IMG/VR virus record: IMGVR_UViG_3300048672_000512
Span: 32,001 to 96,000 of that record
DNA: 64,000 nucleotides
Strand: one strand, 5' to 3'
DNA from: a virus
The notes under the pieces are model-generated. The model saw only the letters and a program-made list of their open reading frames with translations, was not told where the DNA came from and did not search any database. Position numbers and translations under genes: made by a program. Each line of letters begins with the position of its first letter. Position 1 is the stretch's first letter. Below are positions 56,321 through 64,000 of this stretch, piece after piece.

Positions 56321-57820
56321 TTAGATTGAAGAAACTACCCAGCCAGTTGTGTTATCCACCCAGGTGAATCTAACTGACTTTACAGTAGACACTGTAGCAC
56401 CACCGGTATCGCTATGAACCGTGCCAGTTACTACAAGATTCTTTGTAGTCCAAGTGCTTGCAGTGTCAGCTAACACTACGAATTCACTTCCGTCACCTAC
56501 AAAACCCGTTGTTACAGGAAGGATGACGTTTAGCGTAGCTGCAGATATAGCACTACTGTCAACCAGCACCATGTACCCTAGATGGGCTACTGTAAGCGTC
56601 AAGGTTGTGGTTGAGCTACCAATTGTAGGCGTAGGCGTGTACTTTGGAATAGCGGATGCCCGCGCCCACAGGCCGTCACCTTTAAGAACTCTATCCTGTT
56701 GACCCGCTGTTGGCTTCGGAACCGCACCACCGATACCGTCAAAACCAGAAGTTGCACCGGTAAACGCATAGACGTTCGATCCAAGCTGAACAATAGCCTG
56801 CGTCATCGAATACAGATTCACTGCATCACCAGGAGCTGTTGGATTGCCAACAGACGTCAATTTGTAGCTACCCATGCTCAGAGGAGCTTGCATCGTGCGC
56901 GAACCATCCAGCAGAACAGCTGCAGTTATGTCCGTGTTGAGAAGTTCATTTACATGAGCTGCTGTCAGGCTTGTATTGAGTCCAGCAAGAAAAGCTGCTG
57001 CGGTATCTGTCAGAATCCGTTTTCGGTAAACAACAAAGGTATCGTTGACGGATGGCGCAGAAGCTAGTGGGTTTACAAAGTTGAAACCCGTTGTGTCCGA
57101 AGTCAACGATGCAACCTGACGCAGCAAACCCGCCTTGCTACCAGATACAAACTGAAGTATGTATTCTCCAGTGTAGCTAGGTGCAGCGATAGAAAGCACA
57201 CCGCTAGTGCTCACAGAAGAACCTGTTGCAGAGGCTACTGTTCCGTTAAGGATAACTTCTTCATAGCCAGTTATAGACCACAGCGACTGGTTAGAAAAAG
57301 CAAGAACCGAACCTGTGCTGTCAGGGGAGAAGGTTATAAAGATGTTGGGTATCGCTGTTGCCGCCTGTGGAAGTGAGTCCACGCTCGGTTGTGATCCCAC
57401 CACCAAGCTGTTATCAGAGTTTCCAAGCTCTGAGTATATAGCCTGATTCGTGCCAGAAGTAGAAACATAGCACTCGATGACAAGTGCATTTGGATTCGTA
57501 CTTGACGAAGGGGACTTTATGATAGGCGTTGAATTCACACCTATAGCAAACAGCGAACTCGAAAGGAACAAGCCGCATTCACCAAATGTAAACGGACCAG
57601 CAGAGTAATCAACGACGACGGTGTACTTCAATACGTTTGCAGAAGACTGCACGTAGGCAGAAGTGGAACTGGAATAGACCACCGTTCCAACGAGGTTTGT
57701 AGCCGACGGGCTTGCAGTGTAAGCTCCAGACGTTCCAAGTTTAGCAGTTAGTGTTTCAGGAGGATTGCCCGGATTCGCCTGGAGGTAGCTGATGCCAAAG
57801 TCTGTAAGTATGAAGTACAT
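56321..57820 (-). CDS. short tail fibre / baseplate protein, paralog of 52463..56311
   Basis: Shared N-terminal domain (MYF.LT..G..YL..NP..PP, ELGNSD, S.D.LP.A..A.PNI). Confidence 0.75.
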   Translation of the reverse strand: MYFILTDFGISYLQANPGNPPETLTAKLGTSGAYTASPSATNLVGTVVYSSSTSAYVQSSANVLKYTVVVDYSAGPFTFGECGLFLSSSLFAIGVNSTPIIKSPSSSTNPNALVIECYVSTSGTNQAIYSELGNSDNSLVVGSQPSVDSLPQAATAIPNIFITFSPDSTGSVLAFSNQSLWSITGYEEVILNGTVASATGSSVSTSGVLSIAAPSYTGEYILQFVSGSKAGLLRQVASLTSDTTGFNFVNPLASAPSVNDTFVVYRKRILTDTAAAFLAGLNTSLTAAHVNELLNTDITAAVLLDGSRTMQAPLSMGSYKLTSVGNPTAPGDAVNLYSMTQAIVQLGSNVYAFTGATSGFDGIGGAVPKPTAGQQDRVLKGDGLWARASAIPKYTPTPTIGSSTTTLTLTVAHLGYMVLVDSSAISAATLNVILPVTTGFVGDGSEFVVLADTASTWTTKNLVVTGTVHSDTGGATVSTVKSVRFTWVDNTTGWVVSSI

Positions 57821-57831
57821 AGTAATCCTAG

Positions 57832-58236
57832 TTATGACTGAAGGATGTGCAGCAACCCGACTCTTGGAATAAATACTATTTCCAACTTTATAGGGTCAGG
57901 TGCTTTTGTCTGAGGTGTTGATGCTATAACCGTCGGTGAAATAGTAGCAACCACGGATATCGCATAGACGGTATAACCACGCAAGCTCGAAGATCGGACT
58001 CTTGTTGGCACTATGCCTAGGTCAGAGAGCTTGTACTTGAATTCAGTCTGGGCTGCAACGAGCTGACGTTTCAACGCAGACGTTATTTTTATGTCGTAGG
58101 TACGCGGCTTCAAACTGACACTGAAAGATGCGTCAACGCTTCCTAGAATGTTGACGCGTTCCAACGGTTGAGTATTAGCAGCTTTACTGCAGGCACTGAT
58201 GACACCGTAGTAAAGCTGCTTTTCTGCTAGTGACAT
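57832..58236 (-). CDS. hypothetical protein
   Basis: 134 aa; TAAATG coupling to upstream gene. Confidence 0.5.
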   Translation of the reverse strand: MSLAEKQLYYGVISACSKAANTQPLERVNILGSVDASFSVSLKPRTYDIKITSALKRQLVAAQTEFKYKLSDLGIVPTRVRSSSLRGYTVYAISVVATISPTVIASTPQTKAPDPIKLEIVFIPRVGLLHILQS

Positions 58237-58803
58237 TTATTTAGGCCACACAAAGTAGTAATCGTTATCATCTTCGTCCATGCGAATGTATGACTCGGAA
58301 GCATCGTCGTACAGAAGCGGCATGCTTCCGGAGAAGTCTGCATAGACCTTCTTTCCACGTGAGTTCACCAAGTGAATCTCTTTGTGCTTGCGTGCTACGG
58401 AACACCAGTTGCGTACAGCCATTGATCCAATGTTGTCGCTTGAAGTAAGAAGCTTGTCTGCAGGTATGTACTTTCGTGCCTGCTCAAGAAGTGTTCTTCC
58501 GTATCCAAGATTGCGATACGCTAGCTTCACGTATATTGTTCCTACAGCGACTTTTTTAGGATCGCGCGTAGCAGAGATTCCTAGTATTGCGTGCACGTCC
58601 CATTCGTCGTCGGTTCCTTGCACGATAAATCCGTACTCAATACCGTGAAAGCCTGGCTTTGATATAGCACGGAACTGCTCTTGTCTATCCGCGTTCAGCA
58701 TGCTAGCAAGTTCAGTTCCGGACTTGAAGTTGACGTACACGCGGCGAGCATCAAATTCGTCCGCGTTTTCACCTTCCGCAATATGCATAGCTTCCGTACG
58801 CAT
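58237..58803 (-). CDS. GNAT-family acetyltransferase
   Basis: IYV..AYRNLGYGRTLL motif A; LLTSS..IG.MA...W. Confidence 0.75.
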   Translation of the reverse strand: MRTEAMHIAEGENADEFDARRVYVNFKSGTELASMLNADRQEQFRAISKPGFHGIEYGFIVQGTDDEWDVHAILGISATRDPKKVAVGTIYVKLAYRNLGYGRTLLEQARKYIPADKLLTSSDNIGSMAVRNWCSVARKHKEIHLVNSRGKKVYADFSGSMPLLYDDASESYIRMDEDDNDYYFVWPK

Positions 58804-59610
58804 TTATACACCCCACAAAGACTGCATGTGTTTCACAACATCGTGATGGCTTGAGAGGCTTGCTTGGTCCTTGGTAGTTGCTACGCGCGCCTGTGTTGTG
58901 CTGCGCTCTGTGTAAGCCAGCTTGACGTCGCTGTGAGCAATAGCATAAGCGGGATCACGTACAACCGAGAACTCATAAGGTGATATCCCCTCTACTGTCT
59001 TGTAAACAAGCTTGCCATTCAGTTCGTAGAAGGTGACAGGAGAATTTGCATTCAGGTGTCGGCATTTACCTTCACGTGCACCGCAGTAACCACAGTTGAT
59101 GTGGTCTGCCATTGCACCCATCGAATAGGTATTGATTTCACCGACTTCAACCTGCTCTGCAAGTTCTGCATTCTTAGTACGGTCAATTGCAGCGAGAGCT
59201 AGCACCTTCCAGATATTCTTTCCAAAACCCTTGATAGGACGCATGGAAACATCGGCAACTACACCAAGAGCTTTTGTTATGTCGTCACTCTGATGCTCTT
59301 CGTACATAGGAGCATAGCGCCAGCCCTCGTAAGCTTGACACTTAAGATCTGGGTTCCACCGAGTCAACTCAAGATTTGGAAATGAATAGCCATTGCGATT
59401 GCTGAGCTGTGTCATAAGCAGCGGGGTAACAAACATGAAGTAATCTTTTGGATCACTTGACAGGTTCATCACCTTGCTCAGGAAGGGAAGCTTTGCCTCA
59501 AACCCGGTAGGTGCTTGCGTTACTACTTCGATGTCAAGCTCAGACGCTACATACGATTTACGTTTGTTAGGCGTGCGAGTCTGCAAGCTGGAAATAACTT
59601 TTGTACTCAT
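58804..59610 (-). CDS. probable prohead/capsid maturation protease
   Basis: NRNG..FP, EH, YSMG (putative Ser), C..CG...C.H, E.SVV.DPA; in head module. Confidence 0.55.
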   Translation of the reverse strand: MSTKVISSLQTRTPNKRKSYVASELDIEVVTQAPTGFEAKLPFLSKVMNLSSDPKDYFMFVTPLLMTQLSNRNGYSFPNLELTRWNPDLKCQAYEGWRYAPMYEEHQSDDITKALGVVADVSMRPIKGFGKNIWKVLALAAIDRTKNAELAEQVEVGEINTYSMGAMADHINCGYCGAREGKCRHLNANSPVTFYELNGKLVYKTVEGISPYEFSVVRDPAYAIAHSDVKLAYTERSTTQARVATTKDQASLSSHHDVVKHMQSLWGV

Positions 59611-59632
59611 GATATTCCTTGTATATACGTTT

Positions 59633-60205
59633 TCACTTAGGCCACACAAAGTAGTAAGGTGGTCCGTTTGGATCTTCGTCAAGTTCAAACGCGTTTCCGC
59701 TGTCTTCAATAACGGGCATGCTTCCAGAGAAGTCTGCGTCCACAGTTTCCTTGGAGTGACCCTGCACCATGTGTATGCTAGTGTGCTTTCGAGCTAGTGC
59801 ACACCAGTTGCGTACAGCCATTGTTCCTATCTCGCTACTGGAAGTAAGAAGCATATCATCTGGAAGCAGGCGCCTAGCCTCTTCGACAAGTTGCTTTCCT
59901 ATACCAGTGTTTCGGTACTTAGGGCTGACGTAAATTGCATCAGTACTGACGCAGCGCTTTGAACCAAGCTTTCCAAGATCACTCTTTCCAGTCTGCAGCA
60001 AGCCAACCAGTTCAGCCCCTTCCTTCAGTATAAGAAGCATCTTTTCGTTTCGAGTGTCGTACTCATGAAACCCAAAACGATACGTGAAGCTACCTTTGGT
60101 TTCGGTAGCTAGCTTGAATGCACTGCTGTTGTTAAGCAGATCCTTTACTTGAACAAGCGAGAGATTTTCACCTCTCGCTATTTCCATTGCTAACACTTTT
60201 CCCAT
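59633..60205 (-). CDS. GNAT-family acetyltransferase, paralog of 58237..58803
   Basis: IYVSPKYRNTGIGKQLV; shared LLTSS..IG.MAVRNWC, ADFSGSMP, YYFVWPK. Confidence 0.75.
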   Translation of the reverse strand: MGKVLAMEIARGENLSLVQVKDLLNNSSAFKLATETKGSFTYRFGFHEYDTRNEKMLLILKEGAELVGLLQTGKSDLGKLGSKRCVSTDAIYVSPKYRNTGIGKQLVEEARRLLPDDMLLTSSSEIGTMAVRNWCALARKHTSIHMVQGHSKETVDADFSGSMPVIEDSGNAFELDEDPNGPPYYFVWPK

Positions 60206-60220
60206 AGCGTGTGCCGGTTA

Positions 60221-62218
60221 TCAGAACCAGCCAAACCACTGCGGAGCTAGAATAGCAGGGGTTCGCGGCGGAACCGGGCGCGTTGCAGGCGTGATGCCGT
60301 TGGGAACAAGAACTTCTGGCTTGACAGGCAGATCAGGAACCAGATTCTCGCTAGCAGGCGTCATTGTTACTTCGGACTTCTTGGTAGGTATGACCTGTTT
60401 CCAGTAGTCAACTTTTGTTCCGGGAACTGCGTCTGGGCGCTTGTTTGTGTAGTAACCTTTCCACACTTCTGAACCGACTTCTGGCGAAGCAACATCAATA
60501 TCGAATCGACCTTGAAACGCTGCAATGAGTTCGTTAGGGTTCGGTGTCACTAGGCAAAGGCGATGCCCTGCAGGAACAAGTCCTAGAACGTTGATGATGT
60601 CTCGCATCAGTTCAGAAACAGTAGGGCTATCCATCTTTTCATAAATAACTCCGAACTTCCAAGTTGGCATGTTGTCTTTTACCAGCTTGGAAGTATCCTC
60701 CGTAGTTGTAAACCTCGGAACCGATGTTTCCGAAAGCTTCAGCTTAGGATTCACGTCAGGAGTAGGCGATGCGTTACGCCACCGTTCTGCTGGTGTGTCA
60801 ACATTCAGGTCAAATGCTAGACCTCTGTCTGTGCTGCGTTCTGTCCACTGGTCCTCATACGTTGTGTATGGATTTCCAATTTCCTCTGCATCCTGTTGAA
60901 GCTTCAACAGTTCCTTGCCAAGTTCGATATCAGGCTGCACACGCGGTTGACTCGGAAGAGGTTCGGTGTCACCAACACCAGAAGTTATATCAGCGTTGCT
61001 AGGGTCAAACGTACCTTTGTTGCCGGTAGCCGACTTGATCTGCTCAGGTTTCAATACTACAAAGTGATCTGCGTTTGCGTCACTCCGGAAAGGGTCGTCG
61101 TCCAGGTTACGTATAATGCACCCATCGTTACGGCTGCTCAGTTTTGTTTTGCGTAGGGTTTTGTTGATAGTGTCTTCTATATCAACAAACCTTTCGCCAG
61201 CTGCATCAAGCGTCACTGGACTCTGAATTCTTAGGTAGACTGGAATGACAGACTGTCCTGAACCTCTCTCGCTAGATAAGCGTGATTCTAGGTCTTCGGA
61301 CTGTTCTACATACTTATCATAAGCATCATAGTCGCCACGCTTTTCCGCTTGGTCTGCTAGCTGAAGTAGCCTCTCTACTGGAGCAGTTTCAGCTGCATAC
61401 TTTGCATAACTTGAGGCTACTTTTGGGTCTGACACAAAGAAAAACCCGTAAGCAGCAGATTTCACCCGAGTTGCTGTTCCTAGTTTGCTCAGCGTAAAAG
61501 CAGAAAAGTCTGACGCAGTACCGTGATAAAGAACAAGGGGTCGGCCCTTTGAGTCTACAGCTTTGCTATCGCCAAACCACTTTTTGAAGTTATTCAGATC
61601 GTTCTCTGTCTGAGCTATAGGCTGACCTAAGCTGTTCTGATTTCCAGGATAGCTTGACCCGATCTTTAGTTCAGCAACCTCTGTCTTGCCAATAACCGAG
61701 AACAGTAGCGTATGTCGAGTCACCTTGCCGTCTTTCGACTGACGAATCCAGCTAGGCTTATTTTCGCCTGCTTCGCTCATTCCAAGATAGGTCACAAAAC
61801 CATGACGCTTCAGAATGTTGATCAGAGCTTCGTTCAGAGTTCCAATGTCCAGCTTACGAATGATGCAGGCAAGTCCATACGTGTCTGCAATGCGTTTCAT
61901 TTCCTCAAGATAGTCATTTGTAAACCACAAAGGAATACGCTTGGACTTTCCTCCAACGTGAGGGCTTGCAATGCGATCTGGCGCAAGAGAAAGCAAACCT
62001 TCCTGCGTAAGAACAGCAGGGTAGTACATGCTGCTCTTTGTAGTAGGAGGGAATTCGTCAGATAGGCGATTGATAGCATCGCGCACTTGCCTTTGCAGCG
62101 CAGGCTTCTTAGCGACCTCATTAAGTGGGCGCCGTGAGTACCCAGGAGTTTGCAGCGTCTCCTTCAGTTCGTCACCCGAAGTTGGCGTTTGTAGTGGTGC
62201 GTATTTGTCCATATTCAA
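60221..62218 (-). CDS. head-module protein containing an ART-PolyVal-type ADP-ribosyltransferase domain (~60985-61600)
   Basis: NFKKWFGDSKAVD..G.PLVLYHGT...F..F...GFFF.....A..YA...VYL....P...QIKSATGN.GTFDP...DI. Confidence 0.7.
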   Translation of the reverse strand: MNMDKYAPLQTPTSGDELKETLQTPGYSRRPLNEVAKKPALQRQVRDAINRLSDEFPPTTKSSMYYPAVLTQEGLLSLAPDRIASPHVGGKSKRIPLWFTNDYLEEMKRIADTYGLACIIRKLDIGTLNEALINILKRHGFVTYLGMSEAGENKPSWIRQSKDGKVTRHTLLFSVIGKTEVAELKIGSSYPGNQNSLGQPIAQTENDLNNFKKWFGDSKAVDSKGRPLVLYHGTASDFSAFTLSKLGTATRVKSAAYGFFFVSDPKVASSYAKYAAETAPVERLLQLADQAEKRGDYDAYDKYVEQSEDLESRLSSERGSGQSVIPVYLRIQSPVTLDAAGERFVDIEDTINKTLRKTKLSSRNDGCIIRNLDDDPFRSDANADHFVVLKPEQIKSATGNKGTFDPSNADITSGVGDTEPLPSQPRVQPDIELGKELLKLQQDAEEIGNPYTTYEDQWTERSTDRGLAFDLNVDTPAERWRNASPTPDVNPKLKLSETSVPRFTTTEDTSKLVKDNMPTWKFGVIYEKMDSPTVSELMRDIINVLGLVPAGHRLCLVTPNPNELIAAFQGRFDIDVASPEVGSEVWKGYYTNKRPDAVPGTKVDYWKQVIPTKKSEVTMTPASENLVPDLPVKPEVLVPNGITPATRPVPPRTPAILAPQWFGWF

Positions 62219-64000
62219 TCCATTGAAAAACGTCGAGTCTTGCGAGGGTCTTGAGGCTCAGTGGAGATTCCCATGTCGGCAGAAGCACCCATCTTCTCGC
62301 GCACTTCCTTGATTTTCTTAGCCTTGTACTCAGGATCAGCAAGTGCTCGCATAGCCTTGATGATGTGATCATTTGCTTTGCGAGAATCACGACCCGGGGT
62401 GAACGAGGCATGAACCTTGCCAGTCTTGCTCAGACGAGTATCGCTAGGAATGTTTCCAAAGTCTCGGTCTAGCAAGGGGACGCGCCGATGCATGCTGGTG
62501 GTACGTATCGGAAGATCTGCCATGTCGCGTCGAGCCTGCATGAACCTAGCTGTCTCTTGCGGGTTTGGTTCCTCTTGACCTTCTCCACCTTCGTTTTGAA
62601 TACCTTGCTGCAGAGCTGCTTCGTCAAAGCTGTTTTCGTCAAACTCGCCTTCACTGGAGTTGCCGATAGCTTCAGCCTTCTTGCCAGTGATGTCTTCGAT
62701 AGCTTCTCGAATCCGACGGTCTTCCTTCAGTTCCCGCAGAATGGTTGCAATGTCCTGACCTGCAGCACCCGCCCACATCTTCAGCGGAATGACAAAACCC
62801 TTTTCAGACATCTTTTCAAGCATGTCCCAGGTAGATTCTTCATCCTTGCCTGTAAGCGACTTGTGCCATTGAACCGACGGTATGCGCAGGTTTCGAGAGT
62901 TCTGCAGGTTGTGGAAGATGTCAGACGGAGAAGAAATCTTGCGCGCCTTCTTGACATCCTTGTACTGATTGTTAAGAACAGCAATCAGCGGAAAGAACTT
63001 TGAAGTGAACACCTTGTAGGTGATAAGCTGGCGATACGCCTCCATGTTCTCCATGAACACGGTAATGGCAGCCTCGGCAGTATTATGAACCACGAGTCCG
63101 TTTGCTACAAAAGCAGGTTCGGTTCCGGGCTTCATTGAAATATCGTACACGTGCTCCTTTCCGGCAGCGATAACGGAAACAACTTCCGAGTACCTATATT
63201 GATACTTCAACAGAGAAGTCAACTCTCGGTATTTTACCAAGCTCAATTTCTTCAGAAACTCAAGGAAGTTATCGTATTTGCCTTCAGCGTAGAACTTATA
63301 GTTAAACCTGCGCAGCTCCTTGGTATTAAATCCCCAGCTCTTATCATTGCAAGAATGACATACAACTTCGCCAGTGTCAGAAAGAAAGTAGGCACCGTGC
63401 CGGTCAAACTTCAGACGTCGCTCTTCTATAAATGAAGTCCAGTAGGTACAAGGAAGGCCGTCGTTCTTTGAATACTTACCACCAGCCGCATGACTGCTCT
63501 TTATAGACAAGTAGACATGCGCTGTTGACCAGAAGTCTTCTGAGTCTTCTCTGCTAAGGGACAGAACAGTGCCTGCATTCTGTGTTGTTGGCTGATAACC
63601 GTGAGAGTTCAACATAGCTTGAAGCTGTTGAATAAGAGTACAAGACACGCTTATCCAGCTAGTTCCCCTAGCTAAGGAACCGTCACACTCTGCGTACCCG
63701 GCTAGAAACGCTTTTTGACTCTCTTCGTCTGCTTGCAGAACAGACCACGGCACCTGCTTAAAGTAAGAAGGTGTTTTTCCGTTTACGCGCCCCGGCTTTA
63801 CGTACACACCAATGTCACGCAGCCAGTCAATAAGTGCCCTGTTTCGCACTCCAGTGCTAAGAATGCTACGATTTGTGCGAATACGCCTAGCAGGCTCTGC
63901 ATTTATTTGACTTGCCGACTTCTCAGTTATTTCTCGGAAGTCCACATCGAATATATCTTTTGCCAAGAAGACAAAACGATTTACTAGCTCCGGATCCGAG
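62215..64000 (-). CDS. probable portal protein, C-terminal part with intein (partial; start beyond window)
   Basis: Frame stays open to the window edge; C-extein TAEAA...IPSVQWHKSL; first gene of head module. Portal identity is inferred. Confidence 0.5.
   Translation of the reverse strand, partial: SDPELVNRFVFLAKDIFDVDFREITEKSASQINAEPARRIRTNRSILSTGVRNRALIDWLRDIGVYVKPGRVNGKTPSYFKQVPWSVLQADEESQKAFLAGYAECDGSLARGTSWISVSCTLIQQLQAMLNSHGYQPTTQNAGTVLSLSREDSEDFWSTAHVYLSIKSSHAAGGKYSKNDGLPCTYWTSFIEERRLKFDRHGAYFLSDTGEVVCHSCNDKSWGFNTKELRRFNYKFYAEGKYDNFLEFLKKLSLVKYRELTSLLKYQYRYSEVVSVIAAGKEHVYDISMKPGTEPAFVANGLVVHNTAEAAITVFMENMEAYRQLITYKVFTSKFFPLIAVLNNQYKDVKKARKISSPSDIFHNLQNSRNLRIPSVQWHKSLTGKDEESTWDMLEKMSEKGFVIPLKMWAGAAGQDIATILRELKEDRRIREAIEDITGKKAEAIGNSSEGEFDENSFDEAALQQGIQNEGGEGQEEPNPQETARFMQARRDMADLPIRTTSMHRRVPLLDRDFGNIPSDTRLSKTGKVHASFTPGRDSRKANDHIIKAMRALADPEYKAKKIKEVREKMGASADMGISTEPQDPRKTRRFSMD
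63082..64000 (-). mobile_element. intein with LAGLIDADG endonuclease (partial)
   Basis: FLAGYAECDGS (LAGLIDADG block), HVYDISM...FVANGLVVHN|T C-junction. Confidence 0.9.

Noticed and set aside
52463-57820. Diversity-generating retroelement or invertase-based tail fibre switching
   Set aside because: No reverse transcriptase, no template/variable repeat pair with A-specific mismatches, and no invertase in the window.
1-64000. Genome-wide TGA recoding (suggested by in-frame TGAs at 17363, 18410 and 33261)
   Set aside because: Many genes end in TGA with ATGA overlaps to the next gene (e.g. 10919, 13460, 27176, 36635, 39063), so TGA is a working stop codon.

Overview
This 64-kb window is a gene-dense segment of a large (jumbo-type) tailed-phage genome. 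By gene content it resembles the PaBG/Lu11/phiRSL1-like group; this is an inference and no search was run. It has three parts. (i) 1-8714: + strand, mostly hypothetical or virion-like genes and a 2037-aa SNF2-type helicase carrying a 480-aa intein. (ii) 8985-50599: a ~42-kb all-plus-strand block for DNA metabolism and replication. It holds a 7-deazaguanine cluster (QueD, DpdL-like, TGT/DpdA, glycosyltransferase, QueE), a split family A DNA polymerase, primase, ThyX, a sigma-like factor, dimeric dUTPase, SSB, RecA, Mre11/Rad50, clamp loader, a tRNA(CAU), NAD ligase, DenV-like, Cas4-like, a 5'-3' exonuclease and a Tad2-like protein. (iii) 50843-64000: minus-strand tail and head genes, with two GNAT paralogs, an ADP-ribosyltransferase-domain protein and an intein-containing probable portal. 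Three observations stand out. First, the deazaguanine cluster lacks QueC but has a DpdL-motif protein and a GT-B glycosyltransferase, suggesting a possibly new glycosylated deazaguanine base. Second, the polymerase is cut at the tip of a coiled coil by an unrelated, fully in-frame ORF bounded by two single TGA codons. Third, a ~180-bp non-coding inverted-repeat pair brackets the whole 42-kb block, and its internal hairpin loops are flipped relative to the arms. All family calls come from motif recognition by eye.
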